Shown here: positions 1 to 9,514 of the stretch, piece after piece
Numbering within the stretch: the stretch's first letter is position 1
Layout of the letters: every line of letters begins with the position of its first letter
NCBI GenBank assembly: GCA_038230375.1
Contig: JBBRNJ010000016.1
Coordinates: forward strand, 1 to 64,000
From: Polyangiales bacterium
Lineage (GTDB): Bacteria > Myxococcota_A > Polyangia > Polyangiales > Polyangiaceae
Direction of reading: 5' to 3'
Length of the DNA: 64,000 nucleotides
Translations under genes and position numbers: made by a program
Notes under the pieces: generated by a model
The model's input: the letters and a program-made list of their open reading frames with translations, nothing else
The model's database searches: none
Told to the model about the DNA's origin: nothing

Positions 1-140
1 CCACTGGCAAGAAGGTGTCTGCCAAGGAACTACGCACGCTGAACATCGAGCGCGACGACTTTCATGGCGATTGGAACTACGTGATCAGACCTCGAAACGA
101 AACGACCTGATCGGTCGACTTCCCCATTCGCGGGCGCTTA
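1..140 (+). mobile_element. Right end of an ISAzo13-family insertion sequence (transposase C-terminus 3..110, then the terminal region)
   Basis: Frame 3 reads TGKKVSAKELRTLNIERDDFHGDWNYVIRPRNETT*, matching the characteristic ISAzo13 transposase tail (..FHGEWNY.I.P). It is not in the ORF track because it is 5'-partial. The element end near 137-140 is estimated. Confidence 0.8.
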
Positions 141-143
141 GCG

Positions 144-698
144 ATGGCTGCCTGTCACGGAACAATAGGCACCGACTATGACTGCGACGAAGTCTCGCAA
201 ATGACCGCATCCTATTTTGAATGTGATGGTTACCGGATTCAAACGACTCTTGAATCCCAATATGCGAGCCGAGCAGGAACCCAGACGGCTTTCTACTCTG
301 GAGCATTCGTGGGCACCCTCGACGACTGTGCCAACATTGACCACCTGAGCGCGGCGGCTTGGTATTGCGCCAATTCCGGCACGTCTACTCACCCTGTCAT
401 GCAGAAAGTCCCGAATGCTTGGGGGCTCTTTGACACGATGGGCAACGCGTCGGAGTGGCGCGTTGACAGGGTAGTGGAGGACACACGCAATCTCCCGCCG
501 GAGACGGATCCAGGAAGTAGGGTGGACCTTGGTCGTCTCTCTGGTGGATGGGGAAGCTTCTCTTTGTCCACCGCCACTGCTCCGCCGTCCGCTCTTCGCA
601 TGGCCACAGTAGGCAGCCCGGGCTTTGGCGCTCGGAGCCCTGGCTTGGGGTTCCGAGTTGCGCGTACGATCTCGGAGGCGGAGGCGCGCAAGTGGTGA
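144..698 (+). pseudogene. 5'-truncated formylglycine-generating enzyme (FGE/SUMF1)-domain gene
   Basis: Has NAWGLFDTMGNASEW, AWYCANS and GLGFRVART. It aligns by eye only to the C-terminal half of the next gene and starts right after the IS end. Confidence 0.7.
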
Positions 699-1780
699 AG
701 TTGCCGAGGTCCACGTTCGTGTTGGCGGTTCTGTGCGCATCGGCCACTGTCGGCAGCTTCAGCGCATGCTCGTCAACGGACAGCCAGACCACCGTCCTAG
801 GCTCATCGGACGCCGGAATGACAGATGCGCACGACGTCCTTGGCGCAACGGACGCCGCTTTCGGCGGAGGTGCGGCGTGCGTGGCGGCCCAGCGACCCGA
901 AGGCGCGCCTGGCACGGTAGGCTTCATCACGCTCGGCACTCCTCCGCCGTGCGTCTACGCCGGCTCGAGCGACGATGAGCCAGAGCGCGACCCAGACGCT
1001 GAGGCCCCGTCGCGCCACCAGCTGTCGTTCCTGTTCGAACTGGCGCTCACGGAGGTGACGCGCGCCCAGTTCCAGAAAGTGGGGCTCTTGCCGCCAGTCG
1101 CCTCGTTCGACGCTGGCGCGGACGCTTCAACTTCGACGTGCGCGGCCCCCGATTGTCCAGTCGAAGGCGTGACCTGGCAGGAGGCACTGCTCTACGCGAA
1201 CGCCGTGTCGAAGGCCGCAGGACTTCCGGAGTGCTTCCTCCTCTCAGGGTGCACGGGCACGTTCGGTGTAGATTACAGCTGTTCGTCGGTGACGGTGTCC
1301 TCGGACACTCCGGGCCGGCATGATGTCTATGGCTGCCGCGGCTACAGGTTGCCAACGGCTCTCGAGTGGGAAATTGCGTCGCGTGACACCGCGCTGGGCT
1401 GGACACTCTCGCCGCCTCCGCCAACACCCTCCGCGGACTGCTGGCAGATCGAGAGCCTCGATCCGATTGCATGGTATTGCGGAAACAGTGCGGGCGTGCT
1501 GCATGCGACGCGCACAAAATCCGCTGGGGCGTTCGGTCTTTTCGACATGTTTGGTAACGCCTCAGAACTGGTGTTCGATGCGTTGGACGCGCCCGTGACC
1601 ATGGTGGACCCCGGAGGCGGAACCTCCCAGACGACCACGCGCCGAACCAAGGGTGGTTCGTACCAAGACCGCGCGCGCTTGTTGCGGCCCGCGTCCTTGG
1701 ACGGTCGCGCGGAATGGAACGAGCGCGCGCAAGGTCAGTCCTTCAGGCTTGCCAGAACCGCGCCGAAGGTCGCGCTATAA
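695..1780 (+). CDS. FGE-sulfatase (SUMF1/EgtB/PvdO) domain lipoprotein
   Basis: Lipobox-like FSAC, TEVT, PVEGVTW, GYRLPTALEWE, FGLFDMFGNASE, SFRLART. The GTG start overlaps the upstream stop (GTGA). Confidence 0.85.
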   Translation: MKLPRSTFVLAVLCASATVGSFSACSSTDSQTTVLGSSDAGMTDAHDVLGATDAAFGGGAACVAAQRPEGAPGTVGFITLGTPPPCVYAGSSDDEPERDPDAEAPSRHQLSFLFELALTEVTRAQFQKVGLLPPVASFDAGADASTSTCAAPDCPVEGVTWQEALLYANAVSKAAGLPECFLLSGCTGTFGVDYSCSSVTVSSDTPGRHDVYGCRGYRLPTALEWEIASRDTALGWTLSPPPPTPSADCWQIESLDPIAWYCGNSAGVLHATRTKSAGAFGLFDMFGNASELVFDALDAPVTMVDPGGGTSQTTTRRTKGGSYQDRARLLRPASLDGRAEWNERAQGQSFRLARTAPKVAL

Positions 1781-1835
1781 GATGCGGAGGGCTCCGTCAA
1801 CGTCCCCGCGGTTCCCGATGTCGCGGTGCTGGTAG

Positions 1836-3731
1836 TCAGAAGCGCACGGTGAGCTCGGCTCTCGCTCCCTCGAACGGGGGGAAGTTGCGGCAGACTCCGC
1901 TCACGCACTTGATGCCGCCGCGTTGCTGGCCGACAAGCACCTTCAGGTTCGAGGACTCCGTGATGCGATAGAGGAGCGAGCCGTTGTTGTAGTAGGTGGG
2001 AGCGCCGATTCGCGTCGTGTATTCGAAGCCGTGCGAGACGACCCACTTCGGCGCGATCTTCAGCGCGGTGTAGTGCTCGCCTTCGTGCCACTCGGCCTCG
2101 GCGAAGTCTCGCTTGTTCTCGCCTTCTTGCCAGCGGATGCGATGACGGCCGGTGAGCTCCAGCGAGTACGCGCCCTTGATGTGCTTCGTGAACGTGTACT
2201 CGAAGTGCTTCTCCCGGTAGTACGGCGAGCCGGAGTACTTCTCGTCGTCGCGGACGCCCGTGCTCGCGAAGAGGTAGCTCTTCTCGTCGCTCCAGCGCCA
2301 CTCCAGGCCGGTCACCGCATCCCACACCTGCGTGGTGACGTCGTCGGGGGTCTTGCTCAGGCTCTTGCCGAAGCGGTCGCAGCCGCCGCCGACCTCTTCG
2401 TTCTTGCTGATGTAGTAGCCAACCGCGCCGTAGAGCAGGAAGTTCTTCCGCAGGCGCGCGTCCGAGCGCAGGCGCCCGCCGTCCACGCAGCCGTTGAAGA
2501 AGCCGAACATGCTGTCCTGCGTGATGAGCTCCGTGGTGGGCTGGCTCGTGTACGTCACGTTGGAGAACTGGATGGCGCGCGTGGCGTCCACTGCGGCCTG
2601 CACGGGGTAGTAGTTGTGGTAGCTCTTGCCCTCGATCGTGTGCGTGACGAAGCCGGTCTTCGTGGTGAACGAGCCGTAGAGCGCCGTGCCTTCCGTGTTC
2701 TTCGCCTGCGTGGTCGCGCCCTCGTAGCGCATCACGGCGCCTTCGACGTACAGGTTGCCCACGCCGAACAGGTTCGGCACGTCCAGGCTCTGCCCGCCGA
2801 TCACGACCTCACTCGAGCGGATGTTGGGGCTGATGCCGGTGGGGAGTGACTGCAGCCACGCCTGCGAATCCACGGGATCGCAAGACCCCATGGGCGAGTC
2901 GAGCGAGGAGAGGAAGTTGCCCGACCCGTCCTGCAAGCCGCGATCGAACTTCGTGTTGCCCAACGCGTCGTAGCTGATCGGCGCGCAGCGCGTGAATCGC
3001 ACCACGCGCGTGGAGAGGATCACCGGACCGCCGCGCCCCGCCTGGATCTCGGCGCCCACGACCCGGTCGGAGCCGAACACCGGCTGCGGGCTCGACGGCT
3101 CGAAGCTTATCTTCTTGGGCAAGAGCAGCGCGCGCCCCTGCGCGTCCTCGAAGCGGTTCGGGTTCATCAGACCTGCGACGAGCGTGAGCGCGATCGGGTC
3201 CTTCTGGATCTGCACCTTGCCGCCACGCACCGTGGTGTCGATGCCGAGCTCGTCGATCTTGCGCGCGGACAGCGTGAGCCCGCGCCCGAACTGCACGTAC
3301 GCATCACCCGCGATGACCTCGACGCCGGGCGCCTTGTACGCGAGCCAGATCTTGCTCGGGTAGATCGCATCGCGGAAGCGAGAGGCGCCGTCCTCGATCG
3401 CGTTGCGCTTGTCGCGCACGTCGGAGTAGGTGCGATCCTCGGGCCGAGCCCAGTAGATCTGCGAGTCCAGCCGCAGGCCGAGCGTGAAGTGGTCCCACTT
3501 CAGCGCGGTGTTGAGGCGATTGATCCACGTGCCGTAGCCCTGATCCTGGGCAAGCTCGCCCTCATCCGTGCGCGCGTTGAAGTGCTGCGCAACGATCGTG
3601 GTCTCCGTGACGTCGAGCGTGACGGGCTTGTCCTTCAGCGTAGGCAGGTCGAGCGCCTGCGCACGTCTCGGCGCTACCGTCGTGACGAGCAGCAGAGGCA
3701 GACCAAGCATGAGAGTACGCGCACGAAGCAT
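1836..3731 (-). CDS. Outer-membrane beta-barrel protein, DUF6029-like, with C-terminal CxxxxC
   Basis: Signal peptide, GDAYVQFGRGLTLS motif, amphipathic strands, and the ending GQQRGGIKCVSGVCRNFPPFEGARAELTVRF (terminal Phe). Confidence 0.7.
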   Translation of the reverse strand: MLRARTLMLGLPLLLVTTVAPRRAQALDLPTLKDKPVTLDVTETTIVAQHFNARTDEGELAQDQGYGTWINRLNTALKWDHFTLGLRLDSQIYWARPEDRTYSDVRDKRNAIEDGASRFRDAIYPSKIWLAYKAPGVEVIAGDAYVQFGRGLTLSARKIDELGIDTTVRGGKVQIQKDPIALTLVAGLMNPNRFEDAQGRALLLPKKISFEPSSPQPVFGSDRVVGAEIQAGRGGPVILSTRVVRFTRCAPISYDALGNTKFDRGLQDGSGNFLSSLDSPMGSCDPVDSQAWLQSLPTGISPNIRSSEVVIGGQSLDVPNLFGVGNLYVEGAVMRYEGATTQAKNTEGTALYGSFTTKTGFVTHTIEGKSYHNYYPVQAAVDATRAIQFSNVTYTSQPTTELITQDSMFGFFNGCVDGGRLRSDARLRKNFLLYGAVGYYISKNEEVGGGCDRFGKSLSKTPDDVTTQVWDAVTGLEWRWSDEKSYLFASTGVRDDEKYSGSPYYREKHFEYTFTKHIKGAYSLELTGRHRIRWQEGENKRDFAEAEWHEGEHYTALKIAPKWVVSHGFEYTTRIGAPTYYNNGSLLYRITESSNLKVLVGQQRGGIKCVSGVCRNFPPFEGARAELTVRF

Positions 3732-3764
3732 TACGGCCGCGGCACGCTAACACATCTGGCGATG

Positions 3765-4370
3765 TCAGAGGCTCTGGCCGGAGACCAGCTTCACGACGTC
3801 GTCCTCGACCAGCTTCTCGTCGCCGGGGTTGTACCCCTCGCGCACGCGCACGATCTTCCCGGTCTTGTCGATGAGCACCGAGAGCGGCGCCGACTTCTTC
3901 GGGTTGTACATGCTCGCGATGCTGGAGTCCTCGTCGAGGAGGACGGGGAAGGACAGGTCGTAGCTCTTCGCGATCTGCGGGACCGTCGCGATGGTCTCCG
4001 GGCCGTCCATGGAGACGGCGAGCACGATGAAGCCCTTCGACTTCTGTGCATCATACAACTTTTGCGGGTGCGGAAACTCCGCGCGGCACGGCTCGCAGTA
4101 GGTCGCCCAGAAGTCGATGAGGATCGTCTTCTTGCCCAGGTGGTCGGACAGCCGCACGGTCTTGCCATCCACGTCACGCGTGGTGAAGTCGCTGGCGCCG
4201 CGCCCGCTTGCGTTCCCACCGCCCGTGCCGCCGCCGCCACCCGCGCCGCCGTTCGCGCTCGTCGGGTCAGCGGCGCCCGGACTGGACGCGCCTTCGCCAC
4301 CGCACCCGCTCCCGCCTGCGGCAAGCGCGGCGGAGAGCAGGGACAAGGGCAGGAATGCGCGCACGTTCAA
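3765..4370 (-). CDS. TlpA-family disulfide reductase (lipoprotein)
   Basis: IDFWATYCEPC active site, FPVLLD, LIDKTGKI. Confidence 0.9.
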   Translation of the reverse strand: MNVRAFLPLSLLSAALAAGGSGCGGEGASSPGAADPTSANGGAGGGGGTGGGNASGRGASDFTTRDVDGKTVRLSDHLGKKTILIDFWATYCEPCRAEFPHPQKLYDAQKSKGFIVLAVSMDGPETIATVPQIAKSYDLSFPVLLDEDSSIASMYNPKKSAPLSVLIDKTGKIVRVREGYNPGDEKLVEDDVVKLVSGQSL

Positions 4371-4374
4371 AGCT

Positions 4375-5130
4375 CTACTTGCGAACGCCGGTCATCGGGT
4401 CGGCAGGGTGCTTCGCAAGGAAGGCGATCCACGGCTCGACCTCGTTCGACACGTCCATGCTGGTGACCGATGAGCCGTCGCTGGACGGGGCGCCTTCGCC
4501 CGCGCTCAGGATCTCCATGTTCGCCGGGTCGACGTTGGCGTTCCACGGAAGCGCGCCTGCGGTGAAGAACCCGCCGAAGCTGTGGTTGCCCGTGTCGACG
4601 ACGGTCGGGAACGTGGGCTTGTAGGAGGTGACCCAGTGGTCGAGATCCTTCTGCGAGGCCGCGGAGCCGGGCGCGCCGCCCTCGACCACCGCCGTGATCC
4701 ACGCGACGCCTTCACCGGCGAGCTTCTCGTAGATCGGCACCGTGGCCTGGGTCTCGCGCTGGCACCAGATGCACCATGTGCCGGCTGCCTGCACGTGAAT
4801 CAGCTTCCACTTCTTGTGGCTCGGATCGAAGAAATCTGCCAGCGCGACCGGCTGCAGACCCTTGGCCACATCGCCATCGGGATAGCCATAGAACTTGAGG
4901 TTCGACATGGTGTTGCCGGGCTTGCCGACGACGTCCATGGCGGGGTTGTTGGTGGAGGGCTTCGTACCCAGGTTCGTCGACGGGTAGGCTACGCCATCGG
5001 GGCTGGTGTCATGGCCCTGGATGTCACCCGTGCCACCTGTGGCAAGACCGGGGTCCTGCGTGGAGCTAGACGAGCAACCAAATGCCAACACGATCAACGC
5101 GGAGACTGCGAAAACGCCCTGAATTCTCAT
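4375..5130 (-). CDS. Thioredoxin-fold (TlpA-like) lipoprotein
   Basis: Lipobox AFGC, GTWCIWC motif, cis-Pro-like ALPWN. Confidence 0.8.
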   Translation of the reverse strand: MRIQGVFAVSALIVLAFGCSSSSTQDPGLATGGTGDIQGHDTSPDGVAYPSTNLGTKPSTNNPAMDVVGKPGNTMSNLKFYGYPDGDVAKGLQPVALADFFDPSHKKWKLIHVQAAGTWCIWCQRETQATVPIYEKLAGEGVAWITAVVEGGAPGSAASQKDLDHWVTSYKPTFPTVVDTGNHSFGGFFTAGALPWNANVDPANMEILSAGEGAPSSDGSSVTSMDVSNEVEPWIAFLAKHPADPMTGVRK

Positions 5131-5344
5131 GGTGCCACCTTGTACCGTGTGCTATTGCGGACCTACGAAAGATTGCGACAGCTCTCTGTGCTCCGAAGTC
5201 GGCCGGCAGTCAAACTCTTCCTCGACAAACCATTCTGACAGATAACGCGCGAGGAGGCTGAACGGTTGCTGTGCAATCGACATCCCCCGAAGCTCGAGTA
5301 TAGCAGACGTCACTTCCTCAGCTCTTCAGATACCCAGGTGCAGC

Positions 5345-6400
5345 ATGGTCCGGGCATACGCGAATTTGTTCAGCTTCGTCGCCGTCTCGGCGCTGGTTCT
5401 CTTCGCAGCGGAAGGTTGCAGCAACAGCAGCTCCAGCTGTGACTCCTCCAAGTGTGCGGCGCAGAACTCCTGTATCGCAGAGGTGGACCCGGTCACGCAG
5501 AAGTCGGAGACCAAGTGTCGCCGGCTCTGCCAGTCCCTCGCGGACCCGAACACCGGTTGCCCGGCCAACTACACCTGCAGCCCCGACGCGACCGGCACCA
5601 CCTACTGCGCCGCCAACACCACGACCTATGTGCCCGCGAAGGGCCAGTTCGGCGCTGCCTGCAACCCCATGAAGGGGCTCGACGCAAACCCGGACTGCGA
5701 TCAGGCGAACGGCTTCTGGTGCAACGGCGAGAGCCCCACCGACGGCAATGCATACTGCACGCAGTTCGACTGCACGGACGACCGCCAGTGCGGCGCCGGC
5801 TACTACTGCGGAACGATCAACCGCTTCCCGAACGTGCAGACCACGGTCCGCAAGCCCAACAACACGGTCAAGGTCTGCCTGAAGCGCGACTACTGCGCGC
5901 CGTGCCGCACCGACCTCGACTGCCTCCCCGTGAACAACGCGGTCTCGCACTGCGTCGCGGACAAGGACGGCAAGGCCATCTGCGCGCAGGAATGCACGGC
6001 CGACAAGGGCTGCAACTCGGAGGCGTTCTGCGCCCCGGTCGATGGCGTCACCTCCAAGGTCTGCTACCCGCGCGCGGGTAAGTGCATCGGCGATGGCGGG
6101 CTGTGCGCGCCGTGCAAGGCGGACAGCGATTGCCTCAAGGACGGCGTCCAGGGCTTGTGTGTCCGCGGCGAGTTCAACACCGAGAAGTCCTGCGCGGTGC
6201 CGTCGGCCAAGCCATGCTTCGACGCCATGGCGATGCCCGTGAGTGGCGCGTGCGGCGGTCTCACCTCGGAGGCGCCCGCGCCGTCCAAGATCGGCTGCTA
6301 CGGCGGTGTGGACTTCATGAGCCTCCCGAAGGACCACTGCCACGGCTACGTGCCGTTCTCCACGTCCATCACGCCGGGCTGCTACTCGCCCAAGCGCTAG
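5345..6400 (+). CDS. Cysteine-rich secreted lipoprotein
   Basis: Signal peptide ending AEGC, repeated CxxDxxC modules, strong GC3 codon bias. Confidence 0.85.
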   Translation: MVRAYANLFSFVAVSALVLFAAEGCSNSSSSCDSSKCAAQNSCIAEVDPVTQKSETKCRRLCQSLADPNTGCPANYTCSPDATGTTYCAANTTTYVPAKGQFGAACNPMKGLDANPDCDQANGFWCNGESPTDGNAYCTQFDCTDDRQCGAGYYCGTINRFPNVQTTVRKPNNTVKVCLKRDYCAPCRTDLDCLPVNNAVSHCVADKDGKAICAQECTADKGCNSEAFCAPVDGVTSKVCYPRAGKCIGDGGLCAPCKADSDCLKDGVQGLCVRGEFNTEKSCAVPSAKPCFDAMAMPVSGACGGLTSEAPAPSKIGCYGGVDFMSLPKDHCHGYVPFSTSITPGCYSPKR

Positions 6401-6442
6401 AACCCTGGTTCATACCCAGCTGCGTGCTATTCGAACTGCACG

Positions 6443-8323
6443 ATGAAATCATTCTTCGGCCTCGGCTGTCTTGTCACCGCGGCGTGGCTCGGGTTCGCCG
6501 CGTGCTCGGGCGACGGCGGCGGTAGTGGCCCCTCCGGCGATGACGCCGCGCCGCCCCACGCGGAAGCCGGCACGCCCCCGACAGAGGACGGCGGGGTCGG
6601 AGCCGCTGATGCTGGCCCCCTCTGCGTGAATGGCGTCAGTGTCGACGGGCTCTACCCCAAGGTCCCGACCGAGGTCGCGCTCCTGAGCACCGTGCCGAAT
6701 TTCACGTTCGATGGACTCGAGGAGAGCGGCAAGCCGGTCACCGTCAAGCTCCAGGACTACTTCGAGCCGTGCGCTGCGAAATCGCGCCTCCTCGTGGTCC
6801 GCGTGACGGCGGCGTGGTGCGGCACGTGCCGCTACGCGCTCTCGCACACGGCCGACTCCAGGAGCGCCACCTTCGGGTCGCGCCTTCGGTTCCTCGACGT
6901 CCTGGTCGCGGACGAGGACAACAACCCCGCGGCGGTGAGCGATCTCACGGCTCACCGCGCACGCATCGACTCACCGGATCGTCTCGCTGCCGATCCGAAG
7001 GTCAGCTTCCTCTTCACACCGCCGCCCACGCTGCTGCTTCCGCTCTTCGTGCTCATCGACACGAAGACGATGCAGATCCGGAACATCCTGGGCAATCCCG
7101 ACCCCGCGGAGCTGGCATACCGATTTGGCGACGAGCTCGCTCTGCTCGATCATGCGGCTCGCCCCGCATATCCGCCGCAGACCCTGGTGGACGGTCAGTG
7201 GACGCCCGATCAATGGTCCATCCTGCAGGAGACCAAGGTGCCCGCCGCGCCGCCCCCCGATCCGACCAACGAGAAGGCCGATGATGCCGCCGCTGCTGCG
7301 CTCGGCAAGGCCCTGTTCTCCGACACGACGCTATCACCCAACAACATGGTGAGCTGCGCGACGTGCCATGACTTCGCGAAGGGAACGTCGGACGGCCTTC
7401 CGCAATCGGAGGGCGTGACCAAGGTCGATCGAAACGCTCCCGCGATCGCGCTTGCCTCCCATGCGCGCTGGCAGTTCTGGGATGGACGCGCGGACTCGCT
7501 CTGGGCGCAAGCAACTGGGCCGTTCGAGGCGTCGAAGGAGTTCGGCGCATCCCGCCTCTTCGTGGCGCACCAGATCTACGCGGCATACAAGGCTCAATAC
7601 GAAGCGGTGTGGACGGCCTTCCCGTTGCCGGATTTGACCGACAACGTCCGGTTCCCACCGAATGGAGCGCCCGGAGACGCGGCCTACGACGCAATGACGA
7701 GCGCCGACAAGACCGCGATCACCCGCGTGCTCGCAAACGTCGGGAAGTCGATCGCGGCGTACGAGCGAACGTTCCGCGTGAAGCCGATGAAGCTCGACAC
7801 GTACGTGGGTGGTGACTTCTCCGCGCTCGCGCTGGACGAAAAGAAAGGCCTCTCCGCCGCCATGAAGCTGGGCTGCTTCCAGTGCCACTGGGGTCCGCGC
7901 CTCACCGATGACGCCTTCCACAACACCCGCTTTCCAACAGGGAAGCAGGATGGCACGGCGGATCGCGGACGCATCGACGTCGTGTCGAAGGTCCTCACGG
8001 GCGAGTTCATCTCGAGCGGGGCGTACAGCGCCGCACCGTCGCCGCACTCCGGAACGTCGCACCTCACGGCGTCCGCTTCGCTGCTCGGCGCGTTCAAGAC
8101 GCCCACGCTGCGCGGCGTGGCCGAAAGCGCCCCCTACGGACACGGCGGCACAGTCACGACGCTCCTCGACATCGCGAAGATCTACGGTATCGCTGGCCTC
8201 GCGCAGGGTGACATCCACGCGATCGGGGTCACGGAGCCGTGGCTCCCGAAGTTCGACGCGACCGTACAGCCGGTGCTCGTGCCGTTCCTTCAGTCGCTCA
8301 CGGCGAACGCGACCGCGCCGTGA
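6443..8323 (+). CDS. Di-heme cytochrome c peroxidase (bCcP/MauG family) lipoprotein with an N-terminal thioredoxin-like domain
   Basis: AAWCGTC; LGKALFSD; two heme motifs CATCH and CFQCH; RNAP; QFWDGRADSLW; GAFKTPTLR. Confidence 0.9.
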   Translation: MKSFFGLGCLVTAAWLGFAACSGDGGGSGPSGDDAAPPHAEAGTPPTEDGGVGAADAGPLCVNGVSVDGLYPKVPTEVALLSTVPNFTFDGLEESGKPVTVKLQDYFEPCAAKSRLLVVRVTAAWCGTCRYALSHTADSRSATFGSRLRFLDVLVADEDNNPAAVSDLTAHRARIDSPDRLAADPKVSFLFTPPPTLLLPLFVLIDTKTMQIRNILGNPDPAELAYRFGDELALLDHAARPAYPPQTLVDGQWTPDQWSILQETKVPAAPPPDPTNEKADDAAAAALGKALFSDTTLSPNNMVSCATCHDFAKGTSDGLPQSEGVTKVDRNAPAIALASHARWQFWDGRADSLWAQATGPFEASKEFGASRLFVAHQIYAAYKAQYEAVWTAFPLPDLTDNVRFPPNGAPGDAAYDAMTSADKTAITRVLANVGKSIAAYERTFRVKPMKLDTYVGGDFSALALDEKKGLSAAMKLGCFQCHWGPRLTDDAFHNTRFPTGKQDGTADRGRIDVVSKVLTGEFISSGAYSAAPSPHSGTSHLTASASLLGAFKTPTLRGVAESAPYGHGGTVTTLLDIAKIYGIAGLAQGDIHAIGVTEPWLPKFDATVQPVLVPFLQSLTANATAP

Positions 8324-8342
8324 GTCGGTGCTCGCGCTCACT

Positions 8343-9500
8343 TTAGCGAGGTGGAGCGGAGGACTCGCGGCTCTTCTTTGCCTCGCGCTTGCCCAGGATG
8401 AGTGACTGCCAGAGCAGACGCGGATCCTGAGCGAGCAGCGGCAACCACACCGTGGCGGCCAGCGCAGTGAGCGCGGCGATGGGCACGTCGAATGTGGCGA
8501 ACGATGCGAGCGTGAGGCCGAGCAGCGGGCCCGCGGCATGATGTGGCTTCTGCGCGCTTGCCGCGAGCGCCAGCGTGATCGCCACGGGGAAGGCAAGGAC
8601 GGCGAGCGGACCAATGCCGAACGGCGCAGGCGCGCCCTCCGCGGCAGAGAGCGTGCGACGCACGACGGCGAGGAGGGGAAACGGGGCCTCGGCCTCGCGC
8701 AGCGCGAAGTACGTGAGCACGGCGGCCACCGCGAGCGCGAGGATGGTGGGTGCGGCACCACGCGAAGCGCCACGCGTTCCGATCCACACTGTGGCAAGAC
8801 CTAGCGATGCGATCACCGCGATCGTCGCGAGCGTGGCCAGGCCGCGCGCGAAGCCGTAGCGTCCCATGTCCGCCGCCTCCACCGCGCTCTGCGAGAACAG
8901 CCACGCGACGAGCCGCGCCAGGTTCGCAAGTCCAGCGAAGAGGAGCGCCGCTGCAGCTGCGCGCGTGTGCGGCGGACGCAACGAGCCCGCGGCCGACGTG
9001 AGGACGACCACGGTGACGGAGAATGACAGCGCGACCTCGGGCACGGGGCCCAGGTGGAGCCCCAGCGCTGGCGATGCGATCGCGAGGGACAGGCTCATCA
9101 CGCCGATGATGAAGCCGCGAAAGAGCCCGTTCATGCGGTGTATGCGCGCGAGCTCGAACGAGCCCGCGGCGAGCAGCGCCGTGATGAGCCCGACGAGCGC
9201 ATACGACACGGTCGCGGATCCCCGCTCCAGGAGGACGACGGTGCCCTCTTGAAGGGTCCCGCGTGCGCCCGGCACCACCACGCGGCCCATCAGCCCGGAG
9301 ATCGCCGCAAGGATCGCGGTCACGCGCAGCAGCGTGAAGGACCACACGACCGGCGTCACGAGCTCGGTGCCGCGGCCCTCACCCGGCGCAGGTGTGGCGG
9401 AAGCGGTGCCTGCGGTGCCTCCAACTGGAACAGCCGCGAGCGTGTTTCCAGAAGGACGGGCCTCCGGGACGGGATCGGGTGAAGCTTCGCCGGACTCCAA
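8343..9500 (-). CDS. Polytopic membrane protein of unknown function
   Basis: About 9-10 hydrophobic segments. The start codon is uncertain. Confidence 0.7.
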   Translation of the reverse strand: MESGEASPDPVPEARPSGNTLAAVPVGGTAGTASATPAPGEGRGTELVTPVVWSFTLLRVTAILAAISGLMGRVVVPGARGTLQEGTVVLLERGSATVSYALVGLITALLAAGSFELARIHRMNGLFRGFIIGVMSLSLAIASPALGLHLGPVPEVALSFSVTVVVLTSAAGSLRPPHTRAAAAALLFAGLANLARLVAWLFSQSAVEAADMGRYGFARGLATLATIAVIASLGLATVWIGTRGASRGAAPTILALAVAAVLTYFALREAEAPFPLLAVVRRTLSAAEGAPAPFGIGPLAVLAFPVAITLALAASAQKPHHAAGPLLGLTLASFATFDVPIAALTALAATVWLPLLAQDPRLLWQSLILGKREAKKSRESSAPPR

Positions 9501-9514
9501 GTCTGACGGTGTTA

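Noticed and set aside
5255..5270. Sigma54 promoter AGGCTGAACGGTTGCT upstream of 5345
   Set aside because: The -24 match is weak and it lacks the fixed spacing to the start seen in the other cases, so it could be chance.
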